Source: Patescibacteria group bacterium (GTDB taxonomy: Bacteria > Patescibacteriota > Minisyncoccia > Minisyncoccales > Staskawiczbacteraceae). Taken from it: a stretch of DNA of 64,000 nt. Numbering within the stretch: position 1 is the stretch's first letter; every line of letters begins with the position of its first letter. Positions 1 through 9,534 of the stretch are shown here, piece after piece. Location: the NCBI GenBank assembly GCA_018895235.1, contig JAHIOM010000014.1, positions 5,203-69,202 on the forward strand, read 5' to 3'. Made by a program: the position numbers and the translations under genes. The notes below the pieces were generated by a model. The model saw only the letters and a list, made by a program, of their open reading frames with translations, was not told where the DNA came from and made no database searches.

Positions 1-524
1 AACTAATAAGTTATTTTCCTTATATATTGAAACTATTGTATTAACAAATATTGAAAAATCTTTATGTTTAGTTGTGTAAAAATGTTCATAGTCGCACGAA
101 ACATCAAGCGACTTTAATTCCCATAGAATCTCTTGGCTATAAAAATCTAAAATGTTTAAAGGGTGGATAAAAGTTTTCAATACGGATATTGGTGTATTAT
201 AAATATTTTTGTATAAATTAAATATTTTTTTTTCATCACTGCAAAATGCATTATCTTCTGAAAAAAATTCAGAAAATATTTTAGAAATATTCTGAGCAGA
301 ATTGCCGCTATAATGCATTGCAATAGGGAAAAATACATTTTCTCCTTTTTTTCGTGCATTCCTTGCAATAACATCTCCGACAACAAACATTTTCGCATGG
401 TTTATATTAAGCGGACAGAGAGGATAAACATATGCACAAGAAATAAAAAAATTTTTCATTGACTTAATTTATCAAATGAATATACACTTTTAACGTTATT
501 GACCCTCGGATTATATTTATATTG

Positions 525-596
525 AGATCCGGGTAGGATTTGAACCTACGATGAGAGCATGTATGGCTCTTGCCTTAACCACTTGGCGACCGGATC
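525..596 (-). tRNA. Atypical tRNA, anticodon TAC (Val) on a tRNA-Cys-like body
   Basis: Minus strand folds as GATCCGG-TC-GCC AAGTGGTTAA GGC-A-AGAGC CATACAT GCTCT-CATC-GTAGG TTCAAAT CCTAC-CCGGATC-T: perfect 7-bp acceptor, 5-bp anticodon and T stems; A33 and U73; CCA not encoded (CAA follows). Confidence 0.85.
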
Positions 597-684
597 AAAA
601 CTATGAAAAAATTTTTTATTTAATTGTGAATAGGCTTTAATTAACTTTTAAAAAAACTTCGCCATGTTAAGACGAAGTTCTATT

Positions 685-3330
685 TTATTCTTCAATTGAG
701 ACTTTAATTTTATCACTATCAGTTACAATAGTTTCCTTAGCCCTCATAGCATACGAGACATCTCTCAAAAAAGGTTTCAAGATATCTTGTTTGTTCTTGG
801 GGCATTTAATTTTTAACAGAGAAATACTTGCTCCAAACCTAATTTTTTTATTAGTCTTAACTTTCCTGACCTCAGAGACAAGAAGCAAAGCCAATTTAGC
901 ACCTTCTGTTAATTCACCTTCAAGGTGTTTGCTACCCACTGGCCACCTCGTATTGTGGATACTTTTGGTTTTTTCGTTCTTATAGAAATACCCCCTGTCG
1001 TTTTTCGATTCAATCGATTCGCGCACATTTTCCCCATCACCTTTCTTTACCACATCGGCGTGATACATTTCCTCTGTGATATGGGGAACAAAAGGTGACG
1101 TCATTTTAAGAATGTTCAAAAAACTTTGATAGGCAGCATGCTGAGCAGAAAGCTTCTCGGTCGCCCTTTCTTTGTCGTCCGAACCTATTGATAGCCTTCC
1201 CTTAGCAATTTCCAAATAATTGTCACAAAAATCTGACCAAAAGAACTCCTCGAATAGCTTTCTGGCTTGAGAAAACTCGTATTTTTCGAAAGCCTTTGAC
1301 ATTCCTTCAGCTGTTTCTAGAGATCTCTGCAGAATCCATTGGTCAAATGCTTCAAGGCTTGTTCTTTGTAACTCAACTTTTGGATCAAAACCCTGTAATT
1401 TGCTTAAAACAAGTTTACCTGCATTATAAATCTTCGTTATTAACTTTTTTCCCTTTTCAACTTCTTTATCTTCAAAGTATGCATCCCTTCCTAAGGTTGC
1501 GCCACACATAGCATAACGTACAGCATCTGAAGATTTTGTCGCAATTAATTCTTCTGGACCATGCTTTCCTCCTCCTGTTTTTTTACTTATCTTTTCTCCC
1601 TTTCTTAGCAAAATATGTCCAGATACCATCAAATCTTTCCATGGCACCTCGTTATGCCTGTACAAACCCATTAATATCGAATAAACAACCCATGTCCTTA
1701 TTATGTCATGCCCTATAGGACGCATAGACATAGGATATAACTTGTCCTTCAATGATCCGTTTAATTGATTACTACTATTAATATCTGGTGTTAATGAAGA
1801 AGTGAACCAAGTATCCAAAACACTTCTTTCAGCAACTAACTTACCTGTTTTACAACTAGAACAGCTGTTTTCAATCTTCTGCATCTTGGGATCCAATGGA
1901 AAACAATCTTCATCTGGAATTACAATATTTTCGCAATTATCGCAGTTAAAAACAGGAATCGGAATACCATAAAATCTCTCTCTGGAAATGCACCAATCCC
2001 ATTTTAAACCAGACACCCATTCTTCATACCTTTTTTTCATATAAGGGGGGTACCAGTTTATCCTATTTCCAGCCTCTAAAAGGTTTTCTTTCATATCAAG
2101 CATCTTCATAAACCACTGAGTTGTCGGCAAAAACTCAATCGGAGTACTGCATCTTTCGTGTACACCAATATTATGCTTGATTTTTTCTTCTTTTTTCACA
2201 AATCCACCTTCTTTCAGCTTTTCAATTATTATTTTTCTGGCAGCCTCTGCCGTTTTTCCATTGATTTCAGGAAGTTCGTCTACATTCTGTAATTTTCCAT
2301 CCTTATCTAAAATAATTCTTTCCTGCAATCTATATATTTTTGCCCAGTATATGTCTGTTTCGTCTCCATAAGTGCAGCACATAACCGCACCGCTACCTTT
2401 TTCTATGTCGACTTTATCGTCCGACATAATGGTTACTTCTTGTCCCAGGGGTGTTTTAATCTTTTTTCCTACAAAATGTGTGTACCTTTTGTCTTTTGGA
2501 TTTACAAATACTGCCGCGCAAGCAGGAAGTAATTCTGGTCGGGTCGTAGAAATAGTCAAATCTTCACCATTCTCTATCTTAAACAGCAAATCAAAGAAAG
2601 CAGCTTCTTTTTCTTTATCTTCTTTTTCGGCTTGCGCAAAAGACGTATGGCATTCGGTACAATATAAAGCAGGGGCGTTCTCTTTGTATATTAACCCTTT
2701 TTCATAAAGTTCCTTAAACACTGACTGCGATAACTTCTGCACTTCAGGAGAAATAGTAGAATATTCGAGCCTCCAATCCATACTGAAACCAGCTGATTTT
2801 AAAAGACTTTCGTAGAGTTTTTTATATTTCTCGGTAGCGCTCAAACACGACTTAACAAATTCCTCAAGTTTCACGTCTTGCCCCCTTATTCCTGTTTCCT
2901 TTTCAACTAATCTTTCAGTAGGCAAGCCGTTATTATCAAATCCCATGGGATATCTTATATTTGATCCCTCCATTCTTTTAAACCGAGCAATTACCTCTGC
3001 CTGGACATAAGAAAAAATATGTCCCAAATGTAGGGCTCCTGAAATAGTAGGGGGCGGAGCATCAACAGTAAAAAGAGGTCCTGATCGCTCGGGATCAAAC
3101 TCGTAAACTTTTTCTCTCTCCCAAAAATCTTGCCAATATTTTTCCTTCTCAAAAGGATTATATCTTTCTTTTTCTTCCATCTTCTTCTCCTTTGAAGCCT
3201 CTGTTTTATTTGTATTGGACATAATTTCTGGTGTTTCAGAAATGTCTTCTGGTGTATTGGGTGTGTATTCAAATTTTTCTGGTGCCATATTGTTTTTCTT
3301 TTTTCTCAATCTTAACCTTTCTTTATTCAT
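685..3330 (-). CDS. valS: Valyl-tRNA synthetase (archaeal/short type, divergent motifs)
   Basis: DAPPPTISGALHLGH, GFDNNGLPTE, TTRPEL editing motif, DWCISRER, HDIIRTW, KISKK in place of KMSKS; no C-terminal coiled coil; start uncertain. Confidence 0.85.
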   Translation of the reverse strand: MNKERLRLRKKKNNMAPEKFEYTPNTPEDISETPEIMSNTNKTEASKEKKMEEKERYNPFEKEKYWQDFWEREKVYEFDPERSGPLFTVDAPPPTISGALHLGHIFSYVQAEVIARFKRMEGSNIRYPMGFDNNGLPTERLVEKETGIRGQDVKLEEFVKSCLSATEKYKKLYESLLKSAGFSMDWRLEYSTISPEVQKLSQSVFKELYEKGLIYKENAPALYCTECHTSFAQAEKEDKEKEAAFFDLLFKIENGEDLTISTTRPELLPACAAVFVNPKDKRYTHFVGKKIKTPLGQEVTIMSDDKVDIEKGSGAVMCCTYGDETDIYWAKIYRLQERIILDKDGKLQNVDELPEINGKTAEAARKIIIEKLKEGGFVKKEEKIKHNIGVHERCSTPIEFLPTTQWFMKMLDMKENLLEAGNRINWYPPYMKKRYEEWVSGLKWDWCISRERFYGIPIPVFNCDNCENIVIPDEDCFPLDPKMQKIENSCSSCKTGKLVAERSVLDTWFTSSLTPDINSSNQLNGSLKDKLYPMSMRPIGHDIIRTWVVYSILMGLYRHNEVPWKDLMVSGHILLRKGEKISKKTGGGKHGPEELIATKSSDAVRYAMCGATLGRDAYFEDKEVEKGKKLITKIYNAGKLVLSKLQGFDPKVELQRTSLEAFDQWILQRSLETAEGMSKAFEKYEFSQARKLFEEFFWSDFCDNYLEIAKGRLSIGSDDKERATEKLSAQHAAYQSFLNILKMTSPFVPHITEEMYHADVVKKGDGENVRESIESKNDRGYFYKNEKTKSIHNTRWPVGSKHLEGELTEGAKLALLLVSEVRKVKTNKKIRFGASISLLKIKCPKNKQDILKPFLRDVSYAMRAKETIVTDSDKIKVSIEE

Positions 3331-3539
3331 TTGTCAAAAGCCGAGAACCCTCCAACAACATTAGGGTAAACTATCCCGGCGCACTGCTTTTATATTATCA
3401 CATAATACTTCTTTTTGTCAATTCCACAATTTTTTTTCTTCGCTAAAATTCGAGTATTGCATTGGATAATTTTAACACAATATTTCACTGAAAAAACAAA
3501 GCCCTTAGATTCCTCTAAGAGCTTTGACGTCTTGAATAA

Positions 3540-3812
3540 TTACGACTCTTTTTTCACTCCAACTTCTTTTTCAAGTTGATCCAATTTGGCCAAAATCTCT
3601 TGCCAGAGTTCTTTCTTAAATCCTCTCCTTGGTTTTACATCAACGGTTCTGCCAATATCGTAAAGCATTTGTTCAACCTGGTTATGAATAATTTGTTGGT
3701 TTGTGTTAAACCCGCCCTTTTTACTGGCGGTCATCGCTGTCTGCTTTAATCTGTTCTGAAGCGATGCAACTGATTCTTCCTTTCTTCTTCTTGTCATTTT
3801 GTTTCTTTTCAT
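3540..3812 (-). CDS. Hypothetical protein
   Basis: 90-aa ATG ORF in an intergenic gap, with a hairpin downstream (~3497-3526). Confidence 0.6.
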   Translation of the reverse strand: MKRNKMTRRRKEESVASLQNRLKQTAMTASKKGGFNTNQQIIHNQVEQMLYDIGRTVDVKPRRGFKKELWQEILAKLDQLEKEVGVKKES

Positions 3813-3924
3813 AACAGCTCTCCTTATTATTAAAGAACAACTTTAATAATAAAATATAAGATAATCGTTAAATTTAGTCAAGAATAAAATTGACTTTGAA
3901 TCTTAAAAAAACTAAAATGTCATA

Positions 3925-5145
3925 ATGTCCAAATTTACTCACTTACATGTCCACAGTCACTACTCTTTGTTAGACGGCTTGCCGAAAATTGAGGAAATGG
4001 TAAATTATGCCAAAGAGTTAGGAATGGATTCACTTGCTTTAACCGACCATGGCGTCTTATACGGCGCTGTTGAATTTTTTAAGGCCTGTAAAGCAAAAGA
4101 TGTAAAGCCGATTATCGGCTGTGAAGTATATCAATCGCTGGAAGGAATGACCCAAAAACGAGTAGGCGTAGATGATAAAAGATATCATTTAGTTTTATTG
4201 GTTAAAAACGAGGAAGGTTATAAAAACTTAGTCAAACTTATTACAAAAGCCCACTTAGAGGGCTTTTATTATAAACCGCGGGTTGATGAAGCTCTGCTGG
4301 CGCAGCATTCAGAAGGTTTGATTGCTCTTTCTGCTTGTTTACAAGGAAAAATCCCTCGCCTGATTTTGGCAAATAGAATAGAGGATGCAAAAAAACAGGC
4401 ATTAAAGTATCAAGAAATTTTCGGCAAAGGAAATTTCTATTTGGAACTTCAACACCATCCTCATATTCCAGAGCAAGAAAAAATAAATAAAACCTTAATA
4501 GATTTTTCAAAAGAACTGAACATTCCTTTGGTAGCCACCAATGACAGCCACTACTTAAGGCCGGACGATGCCGAAGTTCAGGATATCTTAATGCTGATTA
4601 ACACGGGTGCTGACCCAAATGATCCGGAACGACTGACAATGAAAGGAGAAGATTTTTCTCTCAAAAAACCGGAAGAAATGATTGAAAGTTTCAAAAATGT
4701 TCCCGAAGCTATTGAAAACACTCAAAAGATTGCTGAGGCCTGCAATTTTCAATTTGAACTCGGCAAGACAAAACTTCCCCACTTCCAAGTTCCGGACAAT
4801 AAAACCGCGGAAGATTATTTAGAAGAATTATGTTATCGAGGGCTGGAAACACGTTTTGGAAAAAACCCTGATAATAAAATAATTGAAAGATTAAAACACG
4901 AACTCTCTGTTATTAAAGAGACCGGTTTTGCCGGATACTTTCTTATTGTCCAAGATTTTGTTAATTGGGCAAAGCAAAACCGCATTGTTGTCGGACCAGG
5001 AAGAGGAAGTGTCGGAGGATCTTTGGTTTCTTATTTGCTTAATATTACTAACGTCGACCCATTAAAGCACAATCTTTTGTTTGAAAGATTTTTAAGTATT
5101 TCTGAAAAATATTTTGTAACCAATGAAGATTTTGGGATTTTATGA
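3925..5145 (+). CDS. dnaE: DNA polymerase III alpha, N-terminal part (PHP domain to FERFL)
   Basis: HLHVHSHYSLLDG, LTDHG, VATNDSHY, GPGRGS, LLFERFL, then a short tail and stop. Confidence 0.95.
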   Translation: MSKFTHLHVHSHYSLLDGLPKIEEMVNYAKELGMDSLALTDHGVLYGAVEFFKACKAKDVKPIIGCEVYQSLEGMTQKRVGVDDKRYHLVLLVKNEEGYKNLVKLITKAHLEGFYYKPRVDEALLAQHSEGLIALSACLQGKIPRLILANRIEDAKKQALKYQEIFGKGNFYLELQHHPHIPEQEKINKTLIDFSKELNIPLVATNDSHYLRPDDAEVQDILMLINTGADPNDPERLTMKGEDFSLKKPEEMIESFKNVPEAIENTQKIAEACNFQFELGKTKLPHFQVPDNKTAEDYLEELCYRGLETRFGKNPDNKIIERLKHELSVIKETGFAGYFLIVQDFVNWAKQNRIVVGPGRGSVGGSLVSYLLNITNVDPLKHNLLFERFLSISEKYFVTNEDFGIL

Positions 5146-6155
5146 TTGAAAAAAACTGCGATTTTTGTAATAAAACATTTTTAGTCCATCCTTATCGAGG
5201 AAAAATTGCTCATTTTTGTAGTAAAACTTGTTATAATAACCAGCGAAAGAAATCTGCTTATGGGGTAAAAATTTGTCCATTTTGTAAGAAAGAATTTACT
5301 CCAAATCGCAATACTCGACAAAATAAGTATTGTAGTAAAGAGTGCAGTATTTTGGGTCGCAGAAAACATCTAATAGAAGGCGAACGGGTCAAATGGACGA
5401 ATGGGAAAAGAATGAAGGTATATAAATGGAGAGGAGAAAAAATATGCATTTATTGTGGAAAAAAATTTAAATATGCCTCTAAAAATATTCATCAGAAATA
5501 TTGCAGCGTTATTTGCCAAGTAAAAAATCGAGCTTATAGAATTAACGAAAATTTCTTTGAAAAAATTAATTCAGAAGGAAGGGCATATCTTTTGGGATTA
5601 ATTTTTTCAGATGGAAACATTTCAAGTAAGAAATATTATACAAATATTTCTTCAAAAGATCAGGAGTTAATTGAAATGTGTAAAAAACTATTAGACACAA
5701 ACAGACCAATTTATCACTACAAGAATTCTTTTTCTTTATTGTTCGGTAATCAAAAAATTCACGAATCATTAAAAAAACACGGGGTTTTAGAAAGAAAAAG
5801 CTGGAAAGATTATTCGCTACCGTCGATTCCTAAAAACCTGTGGTGGCACTTTATAAGAGGGTTTTTCGACGGTGATGGCAGTTTCTATATTGATGACCGT
5901 GACAAATATAAATATCTCTGCGCAAGTTTTTCTTGCGGTTCACAAAAGTTTTTAGGAGAAATTAAGAAATGCTTAGAAAAATATCATATTATACCGCATA
6001 AAATACGATTTGATAAAAAGCCAGATAATAAAGGCTGTTGGCAATTAAAAATTACAAGGAAGAAGGATATTAAAATGTTTATTGATTATTTATATAAAAA
6101 TAGTAATTATTTTCTAAATCGGAAGTATAAAATTGTGAAATCATTTCATGGATAA
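5142..6155 (+). CDS. Free-standing LAGLIDADG homing endonuclease with N-terminal Cys-rich zinc-binding repeats
   Basis: AYLLGLIFSDG and FIRGFFDGDGS motifs; three CxxC...(F/Y)CSxxC repeats; overlaps both dnaE halves. Confidence 0.9.
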   Translation: MIEKNCDFCNKTFLVHPYRGKIAHFCSKTCYNNQRKKSAYGVKICPFCKKEFTPNRNTRQNKYCSKECSILGRRKHLIEGERVKWTNGKRMKVYKWRGEKICIYCGKKFKYASKNIHQKYCSVICQVKNRAYRINENFFEKINSEGRAYLLGLIFSDGNISSKKYYTNISSKDQELIEMCKKLLDTNRPIYHYKNSFSLLFGNQKIHESLKKHGVLERKSWKDYSLPSIPKNLWWHFIRGFFDGDGSFYIDDRDKYKYLCASFSCGSQKFLGEIKKCLEKYHIIPHKIRFDKKPDNKGCWQLKITRKKDIKMFIDYLYKNSNYFLNRKYKIVKSFHG

Positions 6156-9100
6156 TCAATTTGAAGAAATGAAAAAGATTTGTCTGCAAAAAAAGGATCT
6201 TGATCAAAAAAGGTTAAACTTTGAATTAGAAAAAATAGAAAAATTTGGACTTGTTGAAAGTTTTTATAGATTTTGTATTGAAAAGAAACAGGGGGAGGAA
6301 AATAAAGTAAATAGTTTAGTAGCATACGCGTTAGGAATTACCTCGAAATATCCAGAAGGTGAATTTCAACCTCATAAAAAATTTGAAAGCGGTCGAGTAG
6401 GGCTGCCCGATATTGACCTTGATTTTACAGACCGCAGAAGAAACGAAGTTATAAACTACGTGGCTGAAAAATACGGTAAAGACCATGTTGCCCAGATTAT
6501 TACTTTCGGGACAATGGCAGCAAGGGCGGCTATTAGAGACGTCGGAAGAGCATTGATGATCCCGTATAGCTACTGCGACCGAGTAGCAAAAATGATTCCT
6601 TTCGGAATGTCTTTAGAAGAAACATTAAAAAAGGTTCACGAGTTTAAGGAACTTTATGAATCAGATTCCCAGGCAAAAAACCTGATTGATTTGGGAAAAA
6701 AACTCGAGGGAGTGGCCAGACACGCCTCAACTCATGCCTGTGGAATAGTTATCTCAGAAAAACCACTGACTGACTATGTCCCGCTCCAGCATCCAACACA
6801 AAATGATGATACAATCATCACCCAATATGAAATGCATGCTATTGAGGATTTGGGTCTTTTAAAAATGGACCTGCTGGGACTAAAAAACCTGACCATTATT
6901 GAGGATTGTCTTACCCGCATTTATAGTATTCACAATAAATCAATGTCAATTGACGATATTCCTTTAGATGACGACAAAGTCTATAAATTACTGCGGGATG
7001 CAAACAGTGTTGGCGTTTTTCAATTGGAATGTTTGTCTGGTGAAACAATAATTTCTAATACAACTATAAAAAAATTATTCAAAACAGATAACAAGAAAAC
7101 ACTAAGTTCGGTTTATTTAGACGAGGGCAAGGTACATAAAAATAAAATTATAGATATTCTCGAAGGCGGAGAAAAAAATCTTTACACCTTAATTGCAGAA
7201 AACAACTGGTATATTAAAGCGAGCGAAGACCATTATTTTTTAACAGAAAACGGATGGAAAAAATTGAGGAATATTAAGCCCGGCGAAGGGGTTTTAATGA
7301 AGAATAAAGCGAAACACTTGGTTTACAACACCTGCAGAACTTGCGGCAAGCAGATAGATGGACAAAAAGAAGGAAAAAGTCAATTTTGTTATAAATGTTC
7401 AGCCAGTTTTTATAAAAATCCTTCTAAAAAAGAATCTAAACGAAAAATAAGCGAATCTAGGATTAAATTTTACCGAGAAGGAGGCAAACCTTGGAATTAT
7501 GGGGCCACCGTAGAAAATAATAAAACATGGAAGGAAACTGCTGAAAAAATATCAAAAGCATTATTAGGCAGGCCCCTTGAGGAAAGATGGGGGGGAAAAA
7601 GAGCAAACGAATTTAAAAAATCCCAATCTAAACGAAGCAGAGGAAACAACAATCCAATGTTTGGCAAATCATGTCCGCACAGAAAAGGAGGATTTAGAGA
7701 GGATTTAGGGCACTACGTCCGGTCTGCTTGGGAAGCAGATTTTGCTAGAATTTTAAAACTTCATAATTTAAATTATGAATACGAACCCAAAACCTTTCAA
7801 TTAACGAAACCGAATGGCGAAATTATGCATTATACTCCTGATTTCTACGTTCCATCCCAAAACACTTTTTATGAGATCAAGGGTTGGTTTCATGATTTAG
7901 ACAAAGAAAAGGTGGAATTATTCCAAAAACAATATCTGGATTATAAATTTATTTTAATAAGCGCCACGAAATTTGCTGAATTTGCTTTAAAATATAAAAC
8001 TCTTATTAATTGGGAATGTCCGAAGATACCAACAAAACAAGGTTTTGGATTTATTAAAGTTAAAGAAATAAAATATAGCGGGCGAGAAAAAACTTACGAT
8101 GTTAAGATGCAATCTCCGGGGAATAATTTTGTTGCGAATGGTTTTGTCGTTCATAACAGCAGTGGTATGCAAGCGTATTTAAAACAATTAAAGCCCACCA
8201 GCTTTGAAGATATTGTTGCTATGGTTGCGCTCTACCGACCCGGCCCCATGCAATTTATTCCGGACTTCATTAAAGGAAAACATGGAAAGAAAAAAATAGA
8301 ATATTTGCATCCGAAACTTGAACCGATTTTAAAAAACACTTACGGAGTTTGCATATTTCAAGAACAGCTTATGCAAATTGCCCAACAATTAGCTGGCTTT
8401 TCTTTATCTGAAGCTGATGTATTAAGAAAAGCGATTGGAAAAAAAATAAAAGAGCTTTTGCATGCTCAGAAAGAAAAATTTATTTCCGGCTGTATTAAAA
8501 ACAACATTGACAAAAAAATCGGGCAAGAATTATGGCAGTGGATTTTACCTTTTGCCGAATACGGATTTAATCGCGCCCATGCTACTGCCTACGCTACTAT
8601 TGCCTGCCAAACTGCCTATCTGAAAACCCACTACCCGGTTGAGTTTATGGCAGCTCTCCTAACTTCGGAAAAAGCAGATATTGAAAGAATTGCTGTTTTG
8701 ATAAAAGAATGCAAAAAGATGGGTATTCACGTTCTCCCGCCCGATGTTAATGAAAGTTTCAGAAATTTTTCAGTAGTGCCAAACGAAAACAAAATTCGTT
8801 TCGGACTTTTAGCTATTAAAAATGTCGGTGAAAATATAGTTGAAGCGATTATTACCGAAAGAAAAAATGACGGTCCCTTTAAATCAATGCATGATTTTGT
8901 TTCCCGCATCCAATCCAAAACCCTAAATAAAAAGTCGCTGGAGAGTTTGATAAAATCTGGAGTTTTTGATAAATTAGAGGAAAGGAATACGCTTCTTCAC
9001 AACCTGGAAGATATCCTTGAAGCCAACCGGGAAATAAAGCAAAATCTGAACAATGGTCAGAAAAGTCTCTTTGAAAATTGTTCTTCTTTCAACCATTCTG

Positions 9101-9516
9101 TTTTAAGGTTAAAAACCGCCCAGTCAATTTCTCTAAGCGAGCAGCTAAACTGGGAGAAAGAACTGCTTGGGCTTTATGTTTCGTCACACCCCCTAGAAAG
9201 CTATAAATCGGTTTTTGATGGAAAGGTTTTCCCCCTTAATAATCTTACTGATGAGATGGTTGGAAAATTAGTAAAGATCGGCGGTATAATTTCAACCATT
9301 AAAAGGATACTAACCAGAACCGGCAAACCAATGCTGTTTTTAAGCCTTGAAGACCTGACAAATAAAATTGAGGTGGTTGTTTTCCCGACGGTTATTGAAA
9401 AAAACCCCGCTGTTTTTCAGGAAAATAAAATTGTTTTTGTAAAAGGCAAGGTTGATAACCGCGACGGCGAAGTTAAAATTTTAGCAGACGAAGTCGAAGA
9501 AATATTAGAGAGTTAA
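6148..9516 (+). CDS. dnaE: DNA polymerase III alpha, C-terminal part (polymerase core, HhH, OB fold), contains an intein
   Basis: LPDIDLDF, HASTHACGIVI, LLKMDLLGL, ALYRPGP, YGFNRAHA, EKELLGLYVSSHP. Confidence 0.95.
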   Translation: MDNQFEEMKKICLQKKDLDQKRLNFELEKIEKFGLVESFYRFCIEKKQGEENKVNSLVAYALGITSKYPEGEFQPHKKFESGRVGLPDIDLDFTDRRRNEVINYVAEKYGKDHVAQIITFGTMAARAAIRDVGRALMIPYSYCDRVAKMIPFGMSLEETLKKVHEFKELYESDSQAKNLIDLGKKLEGVARHASTHACGIVISEKPLTDYVPLQHPTQNDDTIITQYEMHAIEDLGLLKMDLLGLKNLTIIEDCLTRIYSIHNKSMSIDDIPLDDDKVYKLLRDANSVGVFQLECLSGETIISNTTIKKLFKTDNKKTLSSVYLDEGKVHKNKIIDILEGGEKNLYTLIAENNWYIKASEDHYFLTENGWKKLRNIKPGEGVLMKNKAKHLVYNTCRTCGKQIDGQKEGKSQFCYKCSASFYKNPSKKESKRKISESRIKFYREGGKPWNYGATVENNKTWKETAEKISKALLGRPLEERWGGKRANEFKKSQSKRSRGNNNPMFGKSCPHRKGGFREDLGHYVRSAWEADFARILKLHNLNYEYEPKTFQLTKPNGEIMHYTPDFYVPSQNTFYEIKGWFHDLDKEKVELFQKQYLDYKFILISATKFAEFALKYKTLINWECPKIPTKQGFGFIKVKEIKYSGREKTYDVKMQSPGNNFVANGFVVHNSSGMQAYLKQLKPTSFEDIVAMVALYRPGPMQFIPDFIKGKHGKKKIEYLHPKLEPILKNTYGVCIFQEQLMQIAQQLAGFSLSEADVLRKAIGKKIKELLHAQKEKFISGCIKNNIDKKIGQELWQWILPFAEYGFNRAHATAYATIACQTAYLKTHYPVEFMAALLTSEKADIERIAVLIKECKKMGIHVLPPDVNESFRNFSVVPNENKIRFGLLAIKNVGENIVEAIITERKNDGPFKSMHDFVSRIQSKTLNKKSLESLIKSGVFDKLEERNTLLHNLEDILEANREIKQNLNNGQKSLFENCSSFNHSVLRLKTAQSISLSEQLNWEKELLGLYVSSHPLESYKSVFDGKVFPLNNLTDEMVGKLVKIGGIISTIKRILTRTGKPMLFLSLEDLTNKIEVVVFPTVIEKNPAVFQENKIVFVKGKVDNRDGEVKILADEVEEILES
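7030..8157 (+). mobile_element. Intein (376 aa) in DnaE with zinc ribbon and a PD-(D/E)XK-like nuclease insert
   Basis: VFQLE|CLSGET...ASEDHYF...TYDVKM..NNFVANGFVVHN|SSGM; removal restores FQLESSGM. Confidence 0.93.
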
Positions 9517-9534
9517 AATTTAAGCAAATAATTT

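Noticed and set aside
177..398. 73-aa minus-strand ORF
   Set aside because: Low-complexity AT-rich translation with no motif; cannot be supported.
3331..3400. T-box leader upstream of valS
   Set aside because: No T-box consensus (AAnnnGGGTGGnACC) or terminator/antiterminator was found.
5095..6390. Split intein at the dnaE break (SISEKYFVTNED loosely resembles an intein block A)
   Set aside because: The downstream head has no block B/F/G and no terminal HN/N followed by C/S/T; it resembles DnaE itself.
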